A stretch of DNA of 64,000 nucleotides from an uncultured Spirochaetota bacterium (GCA_942493035.1 OW818666.1:3028702-3092701); one strand, 5' to 3'. Positions 35,701 through 44,321 are shown, counted from the first letter of the stretch. Notes: generated from the letters alone by a model not told the origin. Numbers and translations are program-made.

Positions 35701-38185
35701 AATGAACCATACCGTTTATAACAGCGGATTCATTCTCTACAATTACCTTTTCACCAGCCAGAGCTCGAAGATCATCCTGCTCCCATCCCCTAATTCCTTT
35801 CTGAATATTACCCTTAACATTATCTTCGCCCCATCCGGCTTCAATATCACTCAATCCTATGAGCTCCCGTGGTTTCTTATTCATTGCCAATGCATATGTT
35901 TTGTTACAGAGAATGAGCTTGAGATCAGTGCCCTTAACGAAGATATAGTCAGGTGAGGAGTTGATTATATTCAGCAGCATCTCTTCGCTATCCTTCAATG
36001 CAGTCTCGGCAACTTTTCGTTCTGTAATATCCGCTATTACGCTGTCATATTCTATAAGATTTTTATCATCGTCATAATGAGGAACCGGTGTGTTCCTTAC
36101 CCATGCCATTGAACCGTCACGGCAGATAATACGATGCTCAATAGGAGAGAATACACCTCTATTCATAATATCAGAAGCAAAGAGTACCACTCTCCCTCTG
36201 TCATCGGGATAGATCATCTTATACCACAGCTCCGGATCTGCAGCAAAGTCTTCAGGAGTGTAACCGGTAACAGCTTCACACCCCGGACCATGTACAGTCC
36301 TTACAGGAGATTTATTTTCGATAAAAACCGTGTAAATATATCCGACTACCGATTCAAAGAGCCGTTTATACCTGACATCTCTCTCGATTAAAAGTTCTTC
36401 AGCTTTTTTCCGTCCTGTTATATCTTCAAATATTGTAGCAAAATAGCCTCTCTCGGGGGAGTATGCGGTAACCTTAAACCACTTGTTCAGCTGACGTGAA
36501 AAATTTTCAATAGTAAGACGTACTCCGGTAAAGGCCACCTGACCATAAGTTGCAATCCAGTAAGGTTCAATATCCGGAATAAGCTCGGTAACTCTTTTAC
36601 CGATTATCACTTCCGGATCAAGTCCTGTATAGCTTTCAAAAGCCGGGTTCACTTCAAGAAAAACATAATCAACGGGATTACCCCAGTCATCGACAATAAT
36701 CTCATGAAGAGCAAAACCATCGATCATACTCTCAAATAGTTCTCTATACTGTTTGTTTTTCTTATTCAGTTTTTTCTCGGCAATCTTCTTCTCAGTAATA
36801 TCCCTCGCGCCTAAAACCGCACCGGTAACAACACCATTCTCACCGGAAATATTGCGCCCTGTAACCTCAAACCACCTGTAACTCCCGTCTTTATGCCTCT
36901 GTTTTAACTCAACAGAACCCTCACCCTTAATGCACATACCGGTTATATTTTTTACATCCAGCTCTCTATTCTCCGGATGAATTATATCACCAGCCCATGT
37001 ACCTAAAAGCTCCTCCTGCCTGTATCCTAAAACTCTCTCAAATGAAGGTGAAACATACTTGTAGAAACCATCAGTATCAAGACGCGCCACAAGATCGGCC
37101 ATATATTCAGTAACATCACTAAGCCTCTCCTCGCTCTCTTTGTGGAGATTGGAATAGCGGTCACGTTCCGACAATGTTTTAGCGAGTTTAATATTGCTGT
37201 AGCTGAGTTTTGAAATTATATTCAGAAGTTTAATATAAAAAGTCATAGCAGTAAAAATTTCATCTCTGCCATACCGCGGAACAGACTCCATGGAATTAAT
37301 AAATTCCGCTTCATCAAATCCGAACCGGCTTGCTTGAGAACGGGAAAAATCATAATCAATAACGTCATCGTCAAACATAAACTGACCCAGAAAAAGATTA
37401 CCGGCTGTCTTTCCGCCAATCTCAATAGGGGTAGCCATCTCCCACATGTTATTCCTGCATTTAACAAGCTTATAAGAACCGGGAATAATTCCCTCAACAT
37501 CTTCAGTGTTGCTCTCAATGCAATTTCTGCATGATTCAGGATTCGCCCTGAAAAATTTCCTGCATATACCATTATAACCTGTTGAAGCAATAACTTCACC
37601 ATTATTGTCAACTATACCAACACTGACACCGGTCATTATGTTAAAATCCTCAAGAATCGATTGAAGCATACTGGTATCAATAATATCTGTAAACTCCAGA
37701 ATACCAATATCCCCTTCAGGCGAGAGAATACTGTCCAGTTTCAGCCTCACCCTCTCCTCGCTGATGCGGAGTGACTGAGCAGAAATCTTCAGCCGTTCAT
37801 GGGAATCAAAAAGTTCAAATGCCATCTCAATGGAAGAGAGAAGAACAAAATCACCGGAGTTTTTTATAACATAACCGTAACGGGTAATCTCTTTAACAGT
37901 TTCAACAACACTCTGCTCGGAGTGAGAGGTGAGAAAAACGATTGGAATATTATTATTCAACAGAATCTGCCGCGCCGCTTCAGGGCCGTTAATACCGGAA
38001 CCTAAATCAATATCCATAAGAATAAGATCAATCGAAGAGTCTTTCCCGGCTGTTTCTACCGCTTTTTTGCCATTATTAACAGTAATAACTTCATATCCGC
38101 GGCCTTTCAGCATTTTAGCTGTTACCATTGAAATAATGGCTTCATCCTCAACAAGGAGAAGTTTTTTACCCCTTACCCTATCCAT
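32765..38185 (-). CDS. Giant hybrid kinase (1806 aa): receiver, a Cys-containing PocR-like sensory domain, many PAS and at least 2 GAF domains, HisKA_2 and HATPase.
   Basis: N-terminus MDRVRGKKLLLVEDEAII...LILMDIDLGSGINGPEAA. Cys motif GICRKFFRANPESCRNCIES. Repeated DITE(K/R)K PAS linkers. GAF-like segments (KSVAAVANSKNGYSDNE). H-box EVHHRIKNNMNTISGLL. G-box DDGAGVS...GFGLNLV. Confidence 0.85.
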   Translation of the reverse strand: MDRVRGKKLLLVEDEAIISMVTAKMLKGRGYEVITVNNGKKAVETAGKDSSIDLILMDIDLGSGINGPEAARQILLNNNIPIVFLTSHSEQSVVETVKEITRYGYVIKNSGDFVLLSSIEMAFELFDSHERLKISAQSLRISEERVRLKLDSILSPEGDIGILEFTDIIDTSMLQSILEDFNIMTGVSVGIVDNNGEVIASTGYNGICRKFFRANPESCRNCIESNTEDVEGIIPGSYKLVKCRNNMWEMATPIEIGGKTAGNLFLGQFMFDDDVIDYDFSRSQASRFGFDEAEFINSMESVPRYGRDEIFTAMTFYIKLLNIISKLSYSNIKLAKTLSERDRYSNLHKESEERLSDVTEYMADLVARLDTDGFYKYVSPSFERVLGYRQEELLGTWAGDIIHPENRELDVKNITGMCIKGEGSVELKQRHKDGSYRWFEVTGRNISGENGVVTGAVLGARDITEKKIAEKKLNKKNKQYRELFESMIDGFALHEIIVDDWGNPVDYVFLEVNPAFESYTGLDPEVIIGKRVTELIPDIEPYWIATYGQVAFTGVRLTIENFSRQLNKWFKVTAYSPERGYFATIFEDITGRKKAEELLIERDVRYKRLFESVVGYIYTVFIENKSPVRTVHGPGCEAVTGYTPEDFAADPELWYKMIYPDDRGRVVLFASDIMNRGVFSPIEHRIICRDGSMAWVRNTPVPHYDDDKNLIEYDSVIADITERKVAETALKDSEEMLLNIINSSPDYIFVKGTDLKLILCNKTYALAMNKKPRELIGLSDIEAGWGEDNVKGNIQKGIRGWEQDDLRALAGEKVIVENESAVINGMVHYFDTVKTPLYKNGEITSLLGISRDMTERRVVDDERRAIIDLLSIINADSDLHDFMKSVIIFLKNWSGCEAVGIRLKEGDDYPYFETDGFSREFVKLENSLCAYDINGQLLRDDIGNPVIECMCGNIIRGRFDPSKPFFTGQGSFWSNCTTDLLKSTTDEDRQARTRNRCNGMGYESVALIPLRTGGKTFGTIQLNDKRKGMFTEKLINLFEHFGNNIAIALSEKLMMKELEESETRYRLIVDKNPDLLLLLRNGKYIFANIAGAEILGFKMPGDVIGKDVADTLSQKDMLEIKKREKRAMTGDANPPIELTFVRPDGTGCLTESASFPITLPDGPAVLVMGKDITEKRKLEKRIAADYEKYRTIADFPYDWEFWIGTDGRMIYCSPSCERITGYTKDEFVNDQLLFRSLVFPDDCNSPCFKNNEVHQFPEENETEFRITTRDGSVKWIGHTCRAVYDNAGNFAGRRGSNRDITEQKIDRMETETALARLDDLWNVAKHADDDIKTICDNILATIVRITDSRYGFYGFINDDEKAMTIYSWSGEAMKDCMMDQKPQQYQISECGIWAEAVRLREDIIINDYSADNPAKKGLPSGHVKVENLMVIPVFVNGRIKSVAAVANSKNGYSDNERINLKIFMSNIQAVIQKRMIEEKLRESESKLKALMNSTTDGVFLMTPDGIVLEANQTLSDRFGVSVDQMIGSNMFSYFSPGLAASRLEKIKEVISAGQPLVISDERGGLSLDSHIYPIKNSAGEVVSIAVFSRDVSESRKSFETINSLLKEKELLLSEVHHRIKNNMNTISGLLMLQAASMSDAAAITALNDARSRVQSMMLMYDKLYRSEDYRKMHIKEYFEKFIDEIFLIFENARQITIIKEIDDFILDTKTIFPVGIAINELITNAFKYAFPDGREGIIKVSIKKENDNVTLCISDDGAGVSDEVIASGSGGFGLNLVSALAEQIGGTVSISKKSGTRVEIVFSVGV

Positions 38186-38295
38186 TCATCACTGCCCCGG
38201 GATTAAATAGTAGAAAAACGAACCTACAATGAGCAAGTTAATCTAAATTGAACAATTAGTCAAACTTAATCAAAAAAAGATGAATATATGAAGAT

Positions 38296-38420
38296 TGAGG
38301 GGTCAGAGCCTCAAACGAAATGTCTGAACCGCAGATTAAGCAGATTTAAGTGATTATGGTGATTTTCATATACGGAATCATAGCTCATCACTAAAATCAC
38401 CGTAAATCTGCGGTTCAGAC
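38296..38420. repeat. Long imperfect palindrome in the divergent promoter region. 16-bp perfect arms GTCTGAACCGCAGATT / AATCTGCGGTTCAGAC with nested GGTGATTTT/AAAATCACC and AGTGAT/ATCACT pairs, plus an upstream TGAGG-GCCTCA hairpin.
   Basis: Read directly. Lies between the start of the 1806-aa kinase (38185, minus) and the outer-membrane candidate (38606, plus). Confidence 0.55.
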
Positions 38421-38605
38421 AGCTGCACACAATGCTCCTTCATAACGTAAAAAATGAAAGTCGCTCTCCGATACCAGGATATACATCAAAACCATTCTAT
38501 AATAGAACAAGTCTATTCCCGCAGTCTTAACAAATCATTAAAAATTTGACTAAACTGAATAATTATATTAAAATAAAATCATCAAAACTAATTAGAGAGG
38601 AATAT

Positions 38606-39730
38606 ATGAAAAAACAGATCTGCATAATAAGTGTTATGCTTTTTTTTATGGCGGGAGTGAATTTATCTGCAAAGATAAGAATTGATATTGAACCGCCCAC
38701 AGTTACAGGTACAGGCGACGATCCAACAGTTAATGCTCAACTCGCTGCTCTTGCCAATACTTTTGCCGCAGACCTTGAGCAAAACTCTGATCTTAAAACA
38801 TTGGGGAATCAGGAAAAACTTGCAACCGGTTTCGGAAACGCAGTAGGATATGCGGCCCGTTCAGCATCACTCGACGGATACCAGGGCTATGACCTATTCG
38901 CGTTTATGTATGGAAACTCTGTAGGTATACAGCTTCCTGCACTCTCTGCATCGGGCATCGACCAGATCGGTGACGATATAGAGAAGGATAAGGATGCCGA
39001 TGTCGGTGTTGGTATATCTAATGCATTCAATCTTGGATTAAATATAACCCTACTGAAAAACATGATCGGTTTGGATGCTCTGCTCCCCAACAGATTGTAT
39101 ATGAATATTAAATATTTCAGCTACTCTGTTGATATGGGAGATTATTCATTTGAAACAAAAACTTTCGGTCTTGGCATTAACTATCAGCTGATAGATAATG
39201 GCGGCGACAGATTCAGTCTGTTTAAATGGTCAGGCCTCTCTTTAGGAACCGGATTACTCTACAACAAAAATAATATTGAAATGACCTATGATATGGGTGA
39301 CTATGAATCAGAATCAATCACCCCTGTTGCAGGAGAGACTTTTTATCTTGGATTTACACCTGAAACTACATTTGGTTTAGACATCTCAAGCTATGTAATC
39401 CCTGTAGATATTTCAACATCTGCAAGACTATTATGGATATTCAACTTTACAGTCGGTGCAGGTCTTGATTTTACATTCGGAACATCCGAAATAATCGCCG
39501 AAGCAAATTCTGATATTGATCTTTACCAGAACGGTACAAAAATTAATCCAACTGGTGCAGGCAGCGCAACTATTGACGCAGGTACAACAGGTGAACCGAC
39601 ACTCGCCAATTTCAGACTCACAGGCGGACTCGGTATATGCTTTGGACCTCTCCCTGTCGATGTAAGTCTAACATGGTATCCGGTTACTAATGGAGCCGCA
39701 TTGAATATCTCAACAGGAATTGTCTGGTAA
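38606..39730 (+). CDS. Secreted protein, putative outer-membrane beta-barrel.
   Basis: Start at ATG 38606 with AGAGAGG SD. Signal peptide MKKQICIISVMLFFMAGVNLSA. Gly/Ser/Thr-rich with alternating hydrophobic patterns. C-terminal ...NISTGIVW ends in an aromatic residue, as in OMP beta-signals. Confidence 0.45.
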   Translation: MKKQICIISVMLFFMAGVNLSAKIRIDIEPPTVTGTGDDPTVNAQLAALANTFAADLEQNSDLKTLGNQEKLATGFGNAVGYAARSASLDGYQGYDLFAFMYGNSVGIQLPALSASGIDQIGDDIEKDKDADVGVGISNAFNLGLNITLLKNMIGLDALLPNRLYMNIKYFSYSVDMGDYSFETKTFGLGINYQLIDNGGDRFSLFKWSGLSLGTGLLYNKNNIEMTYDMGDYESESITPVAGETFYLGFTPETTFGLDISSYVIPVDISTSARLLWIFNFTVGAGLDFTFGTSEIIAEANSDIDLYQNGTKINPTGAGSATIDAGTTGEPTLANFRLTGGLGICFGPLPVDVSLTWYPVTNGAALNISTGIVW

Positions 39731-39847
39731 ACAGAGATAATTTCAATAAAAAAATTGTATTAAAATTTTAAATAGAAATGGAACATCATCTCTTCCGTTT
39801 CTATTTAAAATAAAAAAACTAACTATTACTTAATTTATAAATATGCG

Positions 39848-41002
39848 TCATTCTAATATTGCATCTAAAGCTTCATTCCATAAAGTATCTACAGCAAAGG
39901 ATGTATAATCATAATCTGGTGCAACATCCGAAAGCGAAGCAGGAAAATAAACAGAAAGCATCGGTTCATAATTAGTCAAAATAAATGAACTGAACGGAAT
40001 ATTTTTTCCCGGCATTAAATTTTCACAGTAATCAACTATATCAATATGATCACTTACTCCACTCACAGAATATCTGGTAGATGTATTCCGTGCTGTCATT
40101 GCACCAGCTGCATCAGAAATAGAGGCTGAAGATATTTCATCAATATATGAATTACCTAAAAATGAATAATTTATAAACTCTGAAAAACTATCCATCGAGT
40201 ATACCATCATTGTAATATCGTCATTAACCCTCTTCCATGATGAAGCGAATACCATTCCTAAATCCGCAGGTGTTAAATCAGAATCAAGATGAGAAACTAA
40301 ATCAGTATAATCAAAACCTGAAAGCGGAAGAGGATTTGGAGAAGCAGCGATATACCCGGCACAACCGGTTAGTTCATAGAGAGTTTCGAGATTTCCCATA
40401 TTACAGGCATCAAAAACTATAAGATCAGGCGGATTAACTTTTAATGCAACTGCAAGATTGGCTATACTTGTAGACGTATTGTAAGAAGTCGAGTCATAGC
40501 CGATAGATTTTAATATGGAGGAAGATGGAGATTTCCACCCATCACCATGACTACCTATTATCAGTGCATATCTGTCAGATGGAAAATTTAATTTGCAGAA
40601 ATCGAGTAATTTTGTAATCACAGAAGCATCTGACATATTCAGTTCTTCAGCTGCGGCGATTGTCAGAGCGAGTTCTTCTGATGCAATCTCTTCCGAAGAT
40701 AAAGTATTAACGTCATTCCCGTGGACAACACGGAAAAGTTTTGTATCAGACCATCCGCCGAATTTGTCAGATGGGACAGATGGACGGTCAACAAGCGCAA
40801 TTATAGTAATCTGTTCAGGCAAAGATGAGAGTTCCATTTCTTTTAGATCTGAAAGGATATTATTTTCAAGATTATTATCTCCATTACCATAAAACATGAT
40901 CGTCCAGGATATATTTCCCGGACGATCTGCTTCAATTGTACAGGATAAAAAAAACAATCCGGATAATAAAATCGTTAAATGAAATAAAACGAGGGAATGC
41001 AT
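39848..41002 (-). CDS. Clostripain-like (peptidase C11 family) cysteine peptidase, lipoprotein.
   Basis: Start moved to the internal ATG at 41002 (MHSLVLFHLTILLSGLFFLSC lipobox-like) to avoid overlap with the upstream lipoprotein gene. The catalytic-dyad-type motifs IGSHGDGW and VFDACNMG are shared with the 41471-43186 paralog. Confidence 0.55.
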   Translation of the reverse strand: MHSLVLFHLTILLSGLFFLSCTIEADRPGNISWTIMFYGNGDNNLENNILSDLKEMELSSLPEQITIIALVDRPSVPSDKFGGWSDTKLFRVVHGNDVNTLSSEEIASEELALTIAAAEELNMSDASVITKLLDFCKLNFPSDRYALIIGSHGDGWKSPSSSILKSIGYDSTSYNTSTSIANLAVALKVNPPDLIVFDACNMGNLETLYELTGCAGYIAASPNPLPLSGFDYTDLVSHLDSDLTPADLGMVFASSWKRVNDDITMMVYSMDSFSEFINYSFLGNSYIDEISSASISDAAGAMTARNTSTRYSVSGVSDHIDIVDYCENLMPGKNIPFSSFILTNYEPMLSVYFPASLSDVAPDYDYTSFAVDTLWNEALDAILE

Positions 41003-41036
41003 TCTAATGAAAATCCCCCTGCTCATCATAATCCTC

Positions 41037-41450
41037 TTATTTACGCGGTTTAAAATTTTTAAAATTGGCAGTTTTCTCTTTTTTCGAATCGGGAGTTTTA
41101 TCAATTGAGTTTATGTTTTTAACTTCTATAGTCCCGCTCCATGTCTGCTTTTGAGTAAGAATACCGCTGGCAGAGGCATACTTTCCTACATTTTTTGCAA
41201 GTTCAGACTTCTTTGTACCGGTAACTGTGTAGGTAACCATTGATTTTGAAGTCCAGTTTGTCACAATATACACATTACCTGAATCTTCTTTTATCAAGCC
41301 ATAGATGCTTATTTTTTCTTCAGTGATATCGGCTGTAGTTTTAACTACAGCCGGTTTTATATCACTGTTACCCCTAACACTGCTCTGAGTTGAAGAACAG
41401 CATATATTAAACATCATAAATACAATAAGAACTATTTTTATCATTTTCAT
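41037..41450 (-). CDS. Small lipoprotein of unknown function between the two C11 peptidase genes.
   Basis: 137 aa. Signal peptide MKMIKIVLIVFMMFNICCSS (lipobox). Lys-rich tail. Confidence 0.5.
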   Translation of the reverse strand: MKMIKIVLIVFMMFNICCSSTQSSVRGNSDIKPAVVKTTADITEEKISIYGLIKEDSGNVYIVTNWTSKSMVTYTVTGTKKSELAKNVGKYASASGILTQKQTWSGTIEVKNINSIDKTPDSKKEKTANFKNFKPRK

Positions 41451-41470
41451 AACTGATTCAATCCCTATAT

Positions 41471-43186
41471 TTAAATGTTTGTCATAGTAAGCGTATAAGG
41501 AGTCGTTACACTGACTGAACCACTTACAATTAAATAAATGGTGTGGGTTGTCGGATTATATGATGGTATATCCGCAAAATATCCAGAATCCAGTGTGCCA
41601 ACATACGATTCATCTTGTGTAGTATTATTTACCAGGAATACATCTACCTCAGCAGCTACACCACCGGTTACACTTAACCTGAATGTACCATCAGAACTAA
41701 CCTCATAAATATCCTGATCTCCAGTGTAAAAAATGTATCCGGTTTCTATTGAAGTTGATGTTGTGTAAATACCACCGCCAGCAGCAATCTCCTTAATTTC
41801 ATTGTCATCTGTTGCATCGGGATTTGTTATAGTTGTAAGATATGTTCTCCACAAGGGAGCTGCACCCGAATCAGCAAACTGAATATTAGTTGCAGTATAA
41901 TCTGCCTGCTCACCAAGTCCGGTCCATTTTACTGGCATAAATATTGAAAGCCCGTTAGCATTCGGATGATCATTACCTATATAATTCGCAACTACAGCAT
42001 CACCAAGTGCCGCAATAACGGCAGTACGTTCAGTAGTACATAAGCTTTCTTTTGTACTATAATCTTCTATGTCAATATAATCAGCATTCGCAAAAAATTC
42101 TGAAAGAATTCTTGCATCCATATTCGGATTGCTTCCGTTTGCTACATCAAGCGCAGCACCAAGATCATTTATTTTAGCGGCAAGTGTACTTATTTTGGAA
42201 AGATCAATCAATGATAGAGTAATGGATTCATCGGTCTCCCCAATGTTTTCTACGTTATTACCGAATACATATGCAGTCTGATATTCATCAAGAATTTTTG
42301 TGCCGAATGAAATAGAATCATATGTACTCAAATCGGAAGGGAGAGCCTCTAATATCTGAGTATACGGAAATCCATAACCGGGAATAGTTTCCTGTGAAGC
42401 TACCATATAATATGATAAATCTTTAAGTTCATAGGCAACTTCAACCATCGCCATAAGACAGGCGTCAAAAGCAATTATATCAAGTTTAGTTGTACCCATC
42501 GCTGATGCTACTGCTGCGCTTAATTCAGACGTATATAGAGTTGCATTACCGTCAGTTTCATCCCAGCAGACAGCCTTTGTAACTCCAATACTTTCAAGTC
42601 TGATTTTCTTTGCAGCAGGATTATCTCTCCATCCGCCGCCATGATTAGTAAAAAGAAGCATTCTCTTATTTGCAGGGTAGTTCTCTATACAGAATTCTAT
42701 AAATTTTGTTAAAGTATCTCCATCCCCCATATTGACTTCTGCACCTGAAGTATTGTTTGATATTCCAAGCGATTCAACAGCTATTCTCTTTGACACAATG
42801 GATTTATTGATATAACCAGACGAATCAAATTCAACTTCATATACACGTGAATCACTCCAGTTATCAGACCCGGTATAGTAACTTGCATTTCTATCAACTA
42901 ACGCAACTATTTTGATTTTCTTCCCTGATAGATCAACAGACTCCATCTCGTTAAGGTCATTCATGATGAATTCTTCAAGATCGTTATCTGCATCACAATA
43001 ATACATTATCAGCCAATCCTGTGCTTCAGTAAGAGGTAATCCGGAATTAGAATAATTTGGAGTACCATCATCACCTCCATCATCACTGTTTCCATCGTCG
43101 CCACAAGCAGTAAATGCAAAAAGTGACAGAATTATACATGAAATAAATAGCTCATTGAATCTTTTTTTAACATTTTTGAATCTCAT
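41471..43186 (-). CDS. Clostripain-like (peptidase C11 family) cysteine peptidase lipoprotein, paralog of 39848-41002, with an acidic Gly/Asp-rich linker.
   Basis: 571 aa. LSLFAFTACGDDGNSDDGGDDG lipobox and linker. Motifs WLIMYYCDADNDLE, VALVDR, LFTNHGGGW and IAFDACLMAM parallel those of the paralog. Confidence 0.6.
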   Translation of the reverse strand: MRFKNVKKRFNELFISCIILSLFAFTACGDDGNSDDGGDDGTPNYSNSGLPLTEAQDWLIMYYCDADNDLEEFIMNDLNEMESVDLSGKKIKIVALVDRNASYYTGSDNWSDSRVYEVEFDSSGYINKSIVSKRIAVESLGISNNTSGAEVNMGDGDTLTKFIEFCIENYPANKRMLLFTNHGGGWRDNPAAKKIRLESIGVTKAVCWDETDGNATLYTSELSAAVASAMGTTKLDIIAFDACLMAMVEVAYELKDLSYYMVASQETIPGYGFPYTQILEALPSDLSTYDSISFGTKILDEYQTAYVFGNNVENIGETDESITLSLIDLSKISTLAAKINDLGAALDVANGSNPNMDARILSEFFANADYIDIEDYSTKESLCTTERTAVIAALGDAVVANYIGNDHPNANGLSIFMPVKWTGLGEQADYTATNIQFADSGAAPLWRTYLTTITNPDATDDNEIKEIAAGGGIYTTSTSIETGYIFYTGDQDIYEVSSDGTFRLSVTGGVAAEVDVFLVNNTTQDESYVGTLDSGYFADIPSYNPTTHTIYLIVSGSVSVTTPYTLTMTNI

Positions 43187-43412
43187 TACGTAACTCCTGA
43201 TTTTTTATCTTAAGAATATCATACCCATCTAATTTTTATATGTTTTATTAAAAAACTTATTATATGATTATATCAATGTGACACTGTCAATCTGTATTTG
43301 AACAAAGTGACTAATAATACCCGATTAATTAGCTCCAGTGCCGATTTTGAAAAATCAATTATATTTTTTCAACATGCATCTTTATATGTCTAATAAAATA
43401 ATGGTGAATTTA

Positions 43413-43949
43413 TCAGTTTTTAAGTATTTCGTATAATTCTTTGTGGGATTTTAACTGGGCATAATCAGCAGCAGTAAAGCCGGAATGGTTTTTTATTTTT
43501 AAATCAGCCCCATGGCTAAGAAGAAGCATTACAGCCTCTTTATGGCCATTTTCTGAAGCAAACATAAGCGCTGTTATTCCATATGTATTTACAGCATTGA
43601 CATCCGCGCCATGAGAGATAAGAATTCCGATTATCTTTATCAAATTGTCATCTGAAGCGTACATAAGAGGGGTAAGTCCCATATTATCTTTTTTATTTAT
43701 ATCCGCGGCATTTTTAAGCAGAAATTCTACTACAGCAGGATTGTTACTCAAAACCGCATACATCAGCGGAGTCATCCCTTTATCATCCCTGTAATTTATA
43801 TCTGCACCATTGAGCAGAAGCTTTTCAATTGCTGGAATATCACCCTTCGATGATTCACGTATAATATCATTATTTTCTGCTGCACTGAGAGAAAAAGATA
43901 TCATTAAGACAGATAGAACCGTCAGCAGAACTGCTATTTTTTTCATCAA
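43413..43949 (-). CDS. Secreted ankyrin-repeat protein.
   Basis: 178 aa. Signal peptide MMKKIAVLLTVLSVLMISFSLSAA. At least 4 ANK repeats (GMTPLMYAVLSNNPAVVEFLLKNAADIN, GLTPLMYAS..., GITALMFASENGHKEAVMLLLSHGADL). Confidence 0.75.
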   Translation of the reverse strand: MMKKIAVLLTVLSVLMISFSLSAAENNDIIRESSKGDIPAIEKLLLNGADINYRDDKGMTPLMYAVLSNNPAVVEFLLKNAADINKKDNMGLTPLMYASDDNLIKIIGILISHGADVNAVNTYGITALMFASENGHKEAVMLLLSHGADLKIKNHSGFTAADYAQLKSHKELYEILKN

Positions 43950-44068
43950 ATACTCACCGGTAAATTTAATTATTCTTTTATAATGTAGTCTTCAACGAAC
44001 ACAAGCTCTTTTTTTAGGCATATGCCTATTTTCACAGGAAACAACTCTTAATTGGCATCTTATATAAA

Positions 44069-44112
44069 GATCAGACACTTAAGATATAGTGTCTGATCTT
44101 TATATAACAGGT
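44069..44112. repeat. Perfect 18-bp inverted repeat ATATAAAGATCAGACACT-taagatat-AGTGTCTGATCTTTATAT, followed by a T-rich run.
   Basis: Read directly. AT-rich stem-loop upstream of the ankyrin gene start; could be an operator or a weak terminator. Confidence 0.4.
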
Positions 44113-44231
44113 GAATTTTTTTATTTTTTTATAAGAGTTATCCAAAAAAATTCATACCAGGCCCGGAGCTGAGAGGTTTGATTATTATATTATAAGCGAG
44201 AAATTGTCATACAATGTAACCGGTAAAAAAA

Positions 44232-44321
44232 TGTAACTGCTCATAAACCGGTGGAATTTTATCTCCGCCGCGCCACGGTTGTGCAGAGAGCAATTTTACT
44301 ACCAGTTTATGAGCAGTTACA
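44232..44321. repeat. Palindromic element. 21-bp outer IR TGTAACTGCTCATAAACCGGT / ACCAGTTTATGAGCAGTTACA around a CTCCGCCGCGCCAC core. Same family as 46899-46963, in opposite orientation.
   Basis: The reverse complement GTGGCGCGGCGGAGATAAAATTCCACCGGTTT matches GGCGCGGCGGAGATAAAATACCCCCGGTTTT at 46927-46963. Confidence 0.55.

Noticed and set aside
39848-41104. Longer N-terminal extension of the first C11 peptidase (start at 41104).
   Set aside because: The extension overlaps the upstream lipoprotein gene by 68 bp, whereas an internal ATG at 41002 gives a typical lipoprotein signal peptide. The shorter model was preferred.
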